NCBI GenBank assembly: GCA_965603825.1 | Contig: CBFDEM010000045.1 | Span: forward strand, 62,001-126,000 | Length of the DNA: 64,000 nucleotides | From: Blepharisma stoltei ATCC 30299 | Taxonomy: Eukaryota > Protista > Ciliophora | Direction: 5' to 3' | Part shown: positions 39,530-52,127 of the stretch, one piece after another | How positions within the stretch are numbered: position 1 is the stretch's first letter | Layout of the letters: every line of letters starts with the position of its first letter | Position numbers and translations under genes: made by a program | The notes under the pieces: model-generated | The model's input: the letters and a program-made list of their open reading frames with translations, nothing else | The model's database searches: none | What the model was told of the DNA's origin: nothing

Positions 39530-41190
39530 ATTTTTTGGCTATGGGGCTGTCTCTACAGCTAGAATCTATCTCCTGGCATTTTTATTAGCAATATCAAAGG
39601 ACTTATTCCTTGATTTTATGTAATTCCCTTCTGATAAAATAATCTCTTGAATCTCAAATTTGATAGATTTTTTATTTCTTTGGGTGAAGAGTCATTATAA
39701 ATATATCTAATCGACTGAATTTAGTAATTCCTGCAACTTCAGAAGTGATTGACACAGCTAAAACCTAAAAAGCCTATGAATATCTATACTTTTTCAGAGT
39801 TCAATAAACAAAGAGTTTCAATTTTTGGTAAATAGCTCTAAATATTTCTAATAATATTCATCAAATTATTAGCATAACTAAGCAGCTATTTTGTTTGCTT
39901 GTGATAGAAAACAATAGCATCAAAGTATTACAACTTAAATCCTCAAACTTGACGAAATGGGGAAAATTGAAATTGACATTGTCAGAATCGCAGCAGAACT
40001 TAAAGATGAATTTAAAGCAAACTCGGAGGTGATCTCAAAGCTGAAAGACTACGTTAAGAGCAATCTGAAGGAGAAGTATGGAGAGAAGATTAGGCTGTGG
40101 CGTGATAAGGGAATGAATCTAATTATGTATGTCGACAAGAAGGAGGAAAATCAAATACTCATGGATAGAGCTTTGTATATAAACAACAGAGTGTATGTGA
40201 GGCTAAGACCAGTGGTTGAAAAAGGTAGCATTGATCCTAGATACTACAGAATTAAAATTAATTTGGACTACAGATTATCGGCAGAACTGGCGATCATAGA
40301 ACTAGAAAAGAAATGAAGGATATGGGAAGTGGAAATTGAGGCAGATTTTGGAGTAGGCAATGGAACCATTGTAGCTTATGTATGATTTGATTCAATGGAG
40401 GAAATATATGCTCTGGGAAGTACCCTAGAAATAATGCGGACACGGTGCCACATCTCGCACCGATGGAGCTACACTTGCAATGTGTGCAAGGGACGTGGGC
40501 ACTTCGAAAAGGATTGTCAGGATGTGGAAGATATGAGACAGATCAAGGAAAGAATAGATAGAGAATCCTATACGCAAACTCAGTGAGTCAATTTCTGGGA
40601 GCCTGCAAGAGAGACGAATATATTAAAAATTGCGTCAAATTCAAAAATCAAAGAACTGATCTATCGATCAAATTAAAAAACTTGAGATTTGATGGGATTG
40701 ATACAAAATTAATAGATATTGAGCGAGATTCATGGAGATATGAAAAAATGAAGTCAACTACTAAATGAAGGAAGAACAAAGTAAGAGAAGTGGATGCAGC
40801 TGTCAAAAATTTACAAAGAAATTGTGAAAATTAAAAGTATAAGGCGTTTAATGCGCGATAAAAGCTAATTTATTATTATTATTATATATCACAATGAAGC
40901 ATTGTCATAATTCAGCGGCTTTTCATTATTGAGATTATTAAATATAATAAAGCAAGCCAATGAATAATCCTGAAAAAAAAATTCAAAAGCAGAATTTATT
41001 ATCGTGAACAGTGAAATCAATAGAATTTGTACGGTGCTTTTTAAGATAAGGCGGAAAGGAAGTGAAATGGGAATTTTTTTTTCAGGTAAATCGAAAATAT
41101 AGATTTGTATAGATATAGAGATATTTTGATGAAATAAGGAATAAGTTATATGCTCTCCTACCAGCAAAATAATTCTTAGTAAAATTATAT
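39530..41190 (-). pseudogene. Heavily decayed 3' part of an R8-like receptor, split by a retroelement ORF1 insert
   Basis: 39530-39935 aligns with ~41381-41812 and 40859-41170 aligns with ~41812-42135, with many indels. Confidence 0.8.
39938..40858 (+). mobile_element. ORF1-only (gag-like) non-LTR retroelement insert; ORF 39957-40676 with CCHC zinc knuckle
   Basis: With TGA=Trp, 239 aa open; CNVCKGRGHFEKDC. Aligns with LINE ORF1 (RPVVEKGSIDPRYYRIKINL vs GPVGREGEINYARYLIQVTL). Boundaries set by where receptor homology resumes; no clear TSD. Confidence 0.75.
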
Positions 41191-41383
41191 CCATAAAAAT
41201 TGCTCACAATTTTATTAGCTTTCTAGATCATGGATTATCTGATTGCCAGAATAATCTAATGATATTGATTTATGAGAGGAATTTTGCATGCTAAATATTA
41301 ATTACTAAACATAAAATATATATTTAAAGAAATTTTTTTAAATGAAAAGGAATTATTATGTGTTTATTTAAATTAATATAAAA

Positions 41384-44300
41384 TTATTTTTGGGCTATTT
41401 TATTGCTGCATCAACTGGAATTAAATTCTCCAAGATGCTCAGCGTTTTCATTATTAATATCAAAAAGCTGGATGCTTGATTTCAGGTTGTCTTCTTCTGA
41501 CAAAAAGCTCCGAGGTGATTTTGACATTGATGGGCTCTTTATTTCTTTGCCATGCGGAGACTCATCAGCATAAATATACTTAAAAGGCTCTATCTTAGAG
41601 ATTCCAGCAGCTTCAGGAGTGATTGCTAACAGCTGAAACCTAAAGAGTTTGTAAATATTTATACCTCTTTCTGACTCTAATAAACAAGGGAGCTTTAATT
41701 TTTGATAAATAGCCCCGAGCATCGCTAATACAATTCATCCTATTACTAGTGTAATTAATGCAGCTTCTTTATTAGTTTTTGCCAATGCGCAGCAGCATCA
41801 TAATATTAAGCTAAAAGCTATAAAAATTGTATATCACAATGATGCTCTGTCATAAGTCAATGGCTTTTTTATTATTGAGATTATTACATAAAGCAGCAGC
41901 AAACCTATACATAGTCCTAAAGAAACGTTTTCAGAAGCTGGGCTAACTATTGTGACCAATGCAATTAAAATAATTTGTACAGCGCTTTTTAAAGCAATGT
42001 GAAAAGGTTGCTCTTGGAAGTGGAATGAGAAATCATTTTTTCAGGTAAATCGAAAATATAAACTTGTAGGGAGATATACAGATATTGCTAGAGCAGAAAT
42101 TATCACATAAGTAATATGTTCTCCTTGCCAGCAAAATGTTGAGCAGTCTTGATTATTAAAACTGTCTTTAAAATTGTCTCCAATGCTACTTGTGCATTGA
42201 AAAGTTTGAAATAAATACAAATTGATAGGCAAAAAGAGAATTTCTCCTATGATAGGCATAATGTAAAAATTTAGCTCATTAACGGCCGTTAATATAAAAT
42301 GATCAGAATCTTTTCCTATTTTAAATATTTTTCATAAGAATAGCAAAAATCATAAATATCCTAAAGTCTCATAAAATATGATCTGATTTCAAAAAGTAAA
42401 TATGCCTTTTTTAAAATATCCTCTCACATATAGTGTTGTGATTTTAGTCGCGTCGGATCATTTAGGGAAAAAAGCTGTGAAATCAGGCCCTATTTGCATA
42501 TATTGTAAGCTCTCTATCATAAAAGTTATGTAAGAAAGAATATCAAGAAAATTTTCTTTCTGTGCAGTGGTAAGTTTTGGGTATTTTTGCTTAAAAATGA
42601 AATTGTAAAATTTTATTGCAAAAAGGGTTCCAATTATCATTGGAATCAGCTCAATTATTATCAAAATAAAATATCCATAGAGAAATGACTGCACAAGAAT
42701 ATCTCTGAATGGACATTCTTGATCATCTCCTATTATATCACTCGGGACATCTCCATTTGAATTCCATGATATTGGCTGCCTGATTTGGAGTACAATAAGC
42801 TGGCCTGGATCATAAAGTCCACAAAGGTTCATAGTCCACGTTGAGTTGACTTGTATTAAGTTATAAATTCCTAAAACTGTATTGAGCCTATCATTTCCTT
42901 CTTGACTAACTCTTACAACTCCAGAGCACCCTGTAAAAGCAACTTCTCTAATAGTTTCTTCTATAGTAGAACTATTTACATTAGCTCCTCAATTTATTAG
43001 TGCATCTATCGTATATAAGCCGAGATAGGCTGCATCATAAAATAAGCACATATAGTCATATACAGCTCCATATTTTGATGATATCTTGCTTTTCAAGTTA
43101 AATCCAAGTTGGTTTTCGAATGCTACAAAACTGATATAAATAAGTCCGCTCATCATTTCTTTTCTTTTATTATATGATTTGCTGCCGATTAGTTTTTCAT
43201 CTAAATCTGATTTACTTATCATTCCGTCACCGACAATTAAATAAATATCACCTTCTCGCATTCCTAAGTCATAGAATGCTTCAATTACATATAAAATATC
43301 AGGCCATTGGACTTCTAAAACTACATATCTTGTTTTAAGATCAATTATTTCTTGGATTATTTTTTTATTGCTGCCCTTAAATCCAGGCGAAACTGCTTTA
43401 TTTTTGTTTAAAATATGTATTCCATATGAATCAGTCTGGTTTTGAAATTCAGAATAATAATCTTCTCCTCATTGAGAATCTGAGTATAATAAAGAGCATT
43501 TAGATATCCCAAAAACACTTAAAATAAGAGCAGCTGCTGAAGCTGTGCGTGAGTTTGGATAGGAAACTCTTGAATATTGAGGATAATATTTAGAAGTACT
43601 CAGTATAGTTGATGTTTGGACTCCTAGAACAGGTGTTAAAATATTATTTTTTTGAAAAACTTCCATTGTTGCAAGGACTGTAGATGTCTCTAGTCTGGGA
43701 ATATGAAAATATCCTAAGTCATCCAAATGATCTGAAAAGCATTTAAAAGTTGAATTATTATCAGTAAAACTGCAATCTGTTATATTATTCACAACTATAT
43801 CAAAATTTGGCAATAAATCTCCTTCTGTTATAATTGTTTCTGTCGCTAAATTTACTCCTATTTGATTCATCATGTTCAACCCATCATTTATATAATTCTC
43901 ATAGGTCACTCCACTTATACTTATAGGGATTTCAATATTATTATTATTTGGCGCCTCATAAGTTTTTCCTGGAAACATGACAGGCAATTGAATTTGCAGT
44001 CCATTTCCATTTATTACCCCGACTGCTTGCACCTTCCCACCTTGAATATTTCAAATAGTGTAGCCCATTACCTCCGGCTTAAGAACTTGTGCTACCAAGT
44101 CATTCAAGATATATCCCGAAAATGATCCTTGAATTGGATTATTTGCTATCAAGTTATAAACCACTATTGAGCCATAATATACAAGGTTATTAATATAACT
44201 GAAGGTATCTGTGCTATGGAACCACTTTCCTTCTAATAATATCGACCCTTCTAAGTATGCTCCCCAAGCAGCTTCCTGAATATAAACATATGTGTAGCCT

Positions 44301-44959
44301 TTCTTATTCATATCAGCTTCTACTAAAGCCTCCTGGATTTTTTCTGAAATTTCTTTATTAGTTTTGAAAAAAAATCATTTAATTCCCATAGGCTTGATTT
44401 TTTTAGAAATTAACCAAGAAATATATTCATAACTAGCTGTTTGAGGTAAAACAAATTGCCCAACTATTTCTATCCCTTGATCATTATCAAAACTCATATC
44501 AGAAAATTCGCTGCTTATGAGCACTATTACTTTTTTTATATTATAAGTTTTAGCAATACTTAATGCTGTACTTGTATAAGAGCTAAAAGAGTAATCAGAA
44601 TAATAAGCACTTGATAAGGAGATATCCACAGGATAGCCAACAATAAAGTGGATAAACCCTAAGGTTCTTGCATAAGTGTTTATCATTGATGAAATTGCCA
44701 GTGATGAAACTGTGTCATAAACAATAAAGTATTCTGGATTTTCGAATACAGTTTCAATGTCAGACAAGTCAGTGATTTTATAAAGGATGAACCGAAATGG
44801 AGAGTCTAAGTTGCAGCCTGGCTCAGTTCCTGTTGAACAATCTAAAGTTGTTTTGAAATACATTAGCAGCAGTGGAGAAGTATAGTCACTGTACAAAATC
44901 GGAATAATAGAAAATTGACCCAGAGCAAATCTGATAAGTATGCAAATTTGGATCAACAT
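41384..44959 (-). CDS. Receptor paralog R8, 1191 aa
   Basis: Seven track ORFs in one frame; TAA at 41384-41386. An alternative in-frame ATG lies at 44998. Confidence 0.9.
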
Positions 44960-45963
44960 TAAATTAATATGATGGCAAAAGCTGATAAAGAAATTCACTA
45001 GATAAAATATTTTTAATTATATATACATATCCGTTTTTATAGCTCGAGAGAAGGGATAACTTTTCAATTAATTTTTTCATCTTCGAAAATTTATAAAAAT
45101 TGATTAAATAAGAAATAGAAAAATTGGATTTGAGAATTGAGCAAGCTAGTTTGTAATAAAATTAATAATTTTAATGGTTAAATCTGGAATGCTGATATAT
45201 AATTTATCTAAATATTTTTCAATAAATTTCTTAGGAAGAAATAAGGGATTTTGGCTAAAAAAATTCATGAATTTATAAAAGTTAAGGAAAAGATTCTATG
45301 TGCTTTAATAAGTTTACTTCAGGTAAAAGCTTTATAAATAAAAATAATTTAAGCTGGCTGGCTTCGTGGCTTAATAGAGCGTTTATTCATTCTATTCGAT
45401 TTTATTGCTAGGTCAAGGCTAGCGTAATTGAAAACTGCGCTCAGCTTTAAGAATTATAAGCTTACAATTTAGAAGATTAATAAAACTTTTTAGAGATAAA
45501 ATTATTGATAAATCTTATGCTTATTTTTAAAATCCAATATTAAAAACATCAGCTGCTTTAAGAATTTAGAGATTTAAATTGATATAATCTTTAGATTAAT
45601 TTAAATGCAATGCATTTAATTGAAATACTTCGTTAAATTGATGAGAAACATCAATTCTTCTCCTTTATTTTCTTTTATATTTTTAACTTCAACATAGAGG
45701 CTATAAAAATTCACTTGCCTTAAACTAGATGTACTTCTAGATCCATAAACTTAAAATTTATAAAGATATTAGCTACAGGTAAGACAATACGCAAATTATT
45801 AATAAAGACAACTATTTTTTACGGTTAATTTTTGATAATAAAAACATTCACATTTAATTCTATTTTGATATATTTAAGGGAAAAAATTATAATTTCTATA
45901 AATCTATCTTATTTTGGCTTTTTATGCTTGATATTTTTATTAAAAATTCAATTAATTATGAAG

Positions 45964-47604
45964 TTACTTCTTATTAAGTATTTTACACAAATAAATCTCT
46001 AAATAATCAAAGCAGGTTTTCATAAAATCATAATAATCAGTTTTGTTTTTGTCTCTTTGCACTATTGTCTGTAGTGAAGCACCTTTATAGCAAAATTTTA
46101 ACTTTCTCTCAATGACTGTTAAAAATTCCAAAGGACTTTTTTGAAAAGTAAGGCTTGCTTTATGCATTTCATTTGCAAATTCCTCAAAAATATCTGGTAA
46201 TTTTATATGAGGTATAGCTCTAGGTAAATCTTTACCTTCGATAAATTCATATTTTATTTCTTGATTTTCGTCCAAAAAAATCACATGATCAGCCTGAAAA
46301 ATTTCTTTAAGATACTCTCTCGAAGAAATTATTGCAAAAATTTTTTTTTCTTTATAATAATTTTTCCGTTTTAATTGTAAAACAATTGTTTTATGAGTTT
46401 TTATTTCATCAGGACTTTTAAACAAATTGGAATCTTCATCAAGCTGATTTGTTGATGAGCCTCCTTGGCAATAATAAAAAATTTCTATAGGGCTTGCAGG
46501 ATTTCCTTTACTATAAATTTGATTTAAACCTTTTGCATATTTTTTATAAGTGCTGATATTGCTAAATATTTCTTTCGGTAAATTCAGTAAATTTTCTTTT
46601 GAATACCCAGCATAATAAAATGTCATTTTTAGAAATACCTGATTTTTTCTTGAATCCCAAACAAAAGTCCCAAAATTTATATATGAATTTGTCAGCGAAA
46701 GAAACTCTATTATTGCTTTATAATCGGTACTTAAGAATGTGACGATACGCTGGTTTATTGCAAAAAATAACCTTGCTTCAATTATTTCTGCTTTAGTTTC
46801 AAAAATTAAAGGAAAAGTTGATCATGCTTCTAAGCCACCATGATCATCGCAAACACTGATAAGAAACACAAATCCATCTCTTTTATTTTCTTTAATATTT
46901 TTAAATTCAAGCATTGAAACCCCTTTTTTGAGTATCTCATGGGCTTCTTTTTGCTTGATTTTATTCTGATCTCAGAAATTTCTAAAAAGTAGTGGCTTGT
47001 TTATATTTTTTAAAATCTGTATATTTTCATATAAAATATCAACTCCTTCTTTTATTGTTTTTCAGCAGTATTTTATAACCTCTATATCGTAATAATAATA
47101 AAAATGCATAAAACGAGAAACTAATAAAATATTCCAATTTTCATAGGACTTTGAAGGATGATCTGATTCTAAGGTTGGAGGTGCATAATGAAGGCTGAAT
47201 TTAAGAAATGATGAATTGATTTGGTTTATCTGAGGACTGATTGTGTTAATAAGTGAATTTAGCTTTATCATCGTCGATTTTATTGAAATGTATATGAAGC
47301 TTGGAGTGATTGTGACAAAGACATGGATTGAATTATCTTTGAAAATCAAAAATAAATGTGATGCAGAGCTTTGATTAATGAAAGCAGGTAGAATTTTAAT
47401 TTTTTTATCTGTAGGAGTGAATTTTATGTCATGCGATTTAAAAAAATTTTGTAATACAGTGCTTATGTGTTCAATATTATTTGGGGGATAAGTTGATAAG
47501 GGCTGGTTTTTCTTAGGAAAATTCCTATTATCAGTTTTGATTAGTTTTTGAGGGCTCAAAATCGGAGATCCTGGGAAATAGATAAGGTTTGAAGGTTCTT
47601 GCAT
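45964..47604 (-). CDS. 546-aa protein with probable YbjN-like domain(s)
   Basis: The two track ORFs join with TGA=Trp and the gap has no TAA/TAG. IIEFLSLTNSYINFGTFVWDSRKNQVFL resembles the YbjN core. Confidence 0.7.
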
Positions 47605-47937
47605 CGATTTCTATAAAAAGATTTCTATACTTGTAAAATGGAAAAGAAATATATGAATTTCTTCAAAGAATAATTATAAAAACTAATTAGATTAAATATA
47701 ATCTGATTTTTTTTATATGCAATTGCTAAAAGTGCTAATATTTTGTTATGCTTTCTCATAAATTTCTATCAAAATCCCAAATATTTATAAAATGTTAATA
47801 ATAATTATTTTCACTTATAAATTTTCTAATAATAATCATTACTAAAAAGCAATCTATTATAATCCGAAATAATAATTCACTAAGCCTGTAAAATCTCATT
47901 TCGCACTTGCTTTATAAAAAGGTTGTATAAAATTAAT

Positions 47938-48573
47938 ATGCCAAACAATTTCAGAATAATAACTTTCAGCTCGAGCTGTGTTGGAAAACATATAAAATGG
48001 TCTAAAAAGCTTTACATTTGGAAGGTCCAAATAGGTTTCGAAGCTCATACTCTTCAATTTTTTGAAAGCAAATTTTCAGGCCGCAGACGAGCTTTTTTAA
48101 ATGAAAAATTATATCTTTTCGCAAGAAAAACTCGGCAGCTTGGACAATACCCTTTAAGGATAAGAAGCCATATGATTTTAATATATGAGAAAAAAGACCA
48201 CAGTTTTGATTTGAAATTTTTTAGTGACTATTTTAAAGCATTAAAAATAATACCATTGCCAGAGAGTGAATTATATAAAACTACTTGCAGCACATGTGAC
48301 ACCTGCCAGTCAAATAATAATGAAATTATGATGAGAAGCATTTCATGCTACGAAACTTTATCTCCCTACATTAATATTGAAAATATAAATAATGAGAGTG
48401 ATGAAGTTGCCCATAAAGACAATTTCAACACTTATAGAGAAGCAGTTGATGCGTTATCATTTGCAAAAAAAACAAAAATAAGAAAATGGCTAACTGAGGA
48501 TTCGAGATTTGAAAGGAGTAAAAGTGACTATACAAGAGCAGCTTCTACTGAAAGTTATATTTTTAGAGATTAA
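47938..48573 (+). CDS. Protein with N-terminal FAIM1-like beta-sandwich domain
   Basis: ATG at 47938. Pattern VGKHIKWSKKLYIWKVQIG..HTLQFFESKFSGRRRAFLN; ends TAA. Confidence 0.65.
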   Translation: MPNNFRIITFSSSCVGKHIKWSKKLYIWKVQIGFEAHTLQFFESKFSGRRRAFLNEKLYLFARKTRQLGQYPLRIRSHMILIYEKKDHSFDLKFFSDYFKALKIIPLPESELYKTTCSTCDTCQSNNNEIMMRSISCYETLSPYINIENINNESDEVAHKDNFNTYREAVDALSFAKKTKIRKWLTEDSRFERSKSDYTRAASTESYIFRD

Positions 48574-48623
48574 TATAAATATTTTTCCATATAGAAATTA
48601 ATATTATTTATTAAATCCTTCAT

Positions 48624-50900
48624 CTAAATCCCAATTACCTTTTGTTCATCAATAGTAGAATTTTCATGATTGATTTCTGTCTCTTCAGTTGCTGCCTCTT
48701 CTGCATGATCCCCACTTTTGTCTTCATCACCTTCTTCAGTTTCTTCATCTTCCTCTTCTTCTTCCTCATTTTCTTCACCACTTTCCATACTGTCCCATTC
48801 ATTAGCATCCATATCCAAACTGTTTTCATTATTCACAATTTTCCTCCTTCTTAGCCTCATCCCTACATTTTCTTCTTTAATTTTTCTTTTTAATTCCATT
48901 TTTTGAGAATCTCTTTCGACACTAAGCATGTCTGGCTGTGTATAATATTCATTAGTAGCGTTCATAAGAGCCATTACATGTGCAGCTACAGACTGTGCCA
49001 GTGCTGAAACGATTCCTCCTTTAATTCTATAGCCTCCTTCAAGAACTGATACAATTCTGCCTTGACAGCAGGTATTGGCGATTTTTATTAAATTTTCAGT
49101 TATCCAGGTAAAGTCGTCTTCGTCTAAGTCCATAAATCCGTGGTTTATAGAGTCAAGCCCATGCCCATCAAATCCAGCAGAAATCATGATTAAATCTGGC
49201 TGAAACTCAAGCAGTCTTGGAAATACTTTTTCTCTATAATTTTGTCTAAATATTGAAGATTCAGTCCCATAAGACATCGGCAAATTAAGAATGCCAGCAG
49301 GATAGTCTTCTTCTGGCCCACAATAAGTCCCAGAATACGGATAAAATTTTCCACCAAAATCTTCGCCATACCCATGTGAAGAAATAAATAATACATTTTT
49401 AGAATCATCAGCAGAAAGCCAAGGTTTATATGATCTTGAGGTAATATTTGCCTTAATTCCAATATTATTTAAATCAATCGCATGGACATGCTTAGAAGGC
49501 TTCAAATTCTTTACAATTGCTTCGGTCCCATTCCCATGATGCACATCAAAATCCACAATAGCGACTTTATTGATATTACCCCGATAGTTATAAATGGCAT
49601 ATGCAGCACCAATAGCGACATTATTTAATAAGCAAAATCCAGCAGACGTTAAATCAGGCTCACCGTCAGAGTCAACAGCTCCTGAAGGGCCTAAATGGTG
49701 CCCAGGAGGCCGAATACTGCAAAAGGCATTTTTAGACTTCCCAGTAACAACTAAATCTACAGCATGAGTTACAGATCCAGCAGCAGCAAAAGCGGCATCT
49801 AGCGATTTGTCACTTACAATGGTGTCTCTATCAAATTTCACTGGGCCTGAATTTGGTTCTAATTCTTTTATAAATTTTTCTAATTGGTAAAAATAAGAAT
49901 ACTCATGGACTCTTAAAATATCAGCGATATTTACAAGTGGCGGATTTTTTATCCAGTTAATATTATCAGCGAATTCGTCTATAAGTAAAGATCCAAATGA
50001 ATCCAAATACAAAATTTCTATACGATAAGGGTTTTCTGCCTGGTATTTTTTCTGTTTTGCCACAAGTTCTCTATCCCTTGTTGAAAGACTGGCATGGTCC
50101 TTACAATTGTCATGTGTAATCACCGTACATTGCCCCTGGCTATGTGGAGGTGGGATTACCCCATTTTTTGCTTTCTGAAACTCATTGGTAAACCCACAAA
50201 TATTCGCTACGTCCTCAGGGGTCTGCTCGTGCTCGTTATTTATAGTTAAAATTGCTTCACTTCCCAGGTTAATTAAGACTGGGATACATTTTCAGGCTCC
50301 TCTTCTAACAGCTAGGTGTATTGGTGTGTCCCCATTTCCGTCAGAACATACTAGCATATCACTGCCTAGTTCTTGTAGCATTTGCTGTAAGCAGACTTCG
50401 TTGTTGTGCTCAATTGCACAGTGAATTGCCATTCTGCCTGAGAAATCGCGGAGGTTGGGATCAATTGACTTGGAGATTAGTAAAGTTATAGCCTCAGAAA
50501 GACCTGAAATGGCGGCTATGTGTAGGGCGGTGCGGCCAAGGCGGTCTCTTGCGTTTACTAAGACGTCAGAGTGTTCTAGGATGGCTTGTAAACATCTGAA
50601 GCAAGATTGGTGGTAAAACTTGAACTGTCCCAAAGCAAGCGATAAATGGATTGGCATGAGCCCTTCAAAAGGCACACAAGGGTCAGCGCCTGCTTTTAAT
50701 AGTGTGATAACGCAGCCTGGCCTTGCGTTTACAAGAGCAACATGCAGTGGGAGCATCCCCTCATCATTGTAATGAGAAAGAACACTTGTAGTATCTTCTA
50801 AGCTTGATAAAAACTCAGATAAAGCTTCTTCATCACCTAATTTGCAAAGATCATGGATGCTTTGCTTTGGTAAACTAGGCATGCTTTCACTGTATGACAT
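48624..50900 (-). CDS. Ankyrin-repeat histone deacetylase (class II-like), 758 aa, acidic tail
   Basis: ANK motifs (GMLPLHVA, GRTALHIAA, GDTPIHLA) are joined through one TGA (50292) to HDAC motifs RPPGHH, GFCLLNN, DFDVHHGNGT, SAGFD and EGGY. Confidence 0.93.
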
Positions 50901-51281
50901 TAAAATTATCCAGGTTTGGCATGTTGGGAGTATATATATTAGAGATTAATGACTAATGATAATTTAAATTAGTAAATTTTTATATAAAGGAAATTTTCTG
51001 AGTATAATAGCATGATGGCATATAATAAGTCTGAGCCAAAAAAATTATAAAAGAAATTCACATGGCATTAGTAATAAATTTCTTTCGATTTAATAAATTC
51101 CCATTAAAAACATAAATTTCAAAGCAATTTCTTAAAATTTGCCATTTATAATCATATTATCTAAATTCCTATTTCTTTCAAGCTTCATAATTTTTTTCTT
51201 AAAAATCGACTCTCGCGCGTTTTCCAAACACAATTGCTTTATCCATATTTAACTTCTGAAATATGTATAATTTACAGTTGA

Positions 51282-52007
51282 ATGTGTGCAAAACGGATAA
51301 TATGGTCACTCCTAATCGCTTATTGTTCAGCATCATGCTCTGAAAAAGACGACTACTCCTATAAAAACGAAAATACCACATTTTCCTTACCAAAACTCCC
51401 ATACTCCTATAACGCTTTAGAGCCAGTGCTATGGACTCAAGTAATTTACTATCATCACAAAAAAGAACACAAAAATATAATCAATGAACTTAATGATTAT
51501 ATAAAAAATAATCAAGATTTTGCAGGCCAAACTGTCACAGACTTATTAATTAATTATGGGCTCCAAGATGATGGGATCGCAAATTATGCAGGTGGTCATT
51601 ATAACCATTGTTTACTATGGTGGATTTATACCCTTGCAGACTGTACCAAAGAAGAACCAGAAGGAAAATTATTAACAAAAATAGAAGAGAAATGGGGAAA
51701 TTTCACTGATTTTGTAGGGGAGTTTACGAAGACTGCGAATTCAGTTTTTGGGAGCGGCTGGGTTTGGCTTTGTGCAGATAGCGAAGGGAATTTAGAAATA
51801 AAAGCTAAGAAAAACGAATATTCCCCATTGGCAGGAGGCGAGTGTTATCCAATATTAGGAATTGATCTGTGGGAGCACGCTTATTATTTGAAATTTTTAT
51901 GGGAAAGAAAAGAATATGTTAGCATGTGGTGGACCATCGTGGACTGGGAATTAATTGAGTATTGGTATGAAACTTATGCAGCAAATGGGCTGCCGGTGCC
52001 TGTTTAA
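51282..52007 (+). CDS. Fe/Mn superoxide dismutase family protein with signal peptide
   Basis: LPKLPYSYNALEP, GGHYNH, FGSGWVWL, DLWEHAYY; hydrophobic N-terminus. Confidence 0.93.
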   Translation: MCAKRIIWSLLIAYCSASCSEKDDYSYKNENTTFSLPKLPYSYNALEPVLWTQVIYYHHKKEHKNIINELNDYIKNNQDFAGQTVTDLLINYGLQDDGIANYAGGHYNHCLLWWIYTLADCTKEEPEGKLLTKIEEKWGNFTDFVGEFTKTANSVFGSGWVWLCADSEGNLEIKAKKNEYSPLAGGECYPILGIDLWEHAYYLKFLWERKEYVSMWWTIVDWELIEYWYETYAANGLPVPV

Positions 52008-52127
52008 TAGAAATGATATTAAAAGATAAGAATTTTCAGCTATTTAATAGTTTCTTTTAAGATTTTAATATGAAAATATTCTAATTGAATCTCTACAAAT
52101 AGAAATTTATAATAATTATTACGTTTA

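Noticed and set aside
40869-40888. (TAT)n run as the 3' tail of the ORF1-only element
   Set aside because: Receptor homology seems to resume just before it (taaaagcta at ~40859), so it may be a microsatellite in the relic. Left unresolved.
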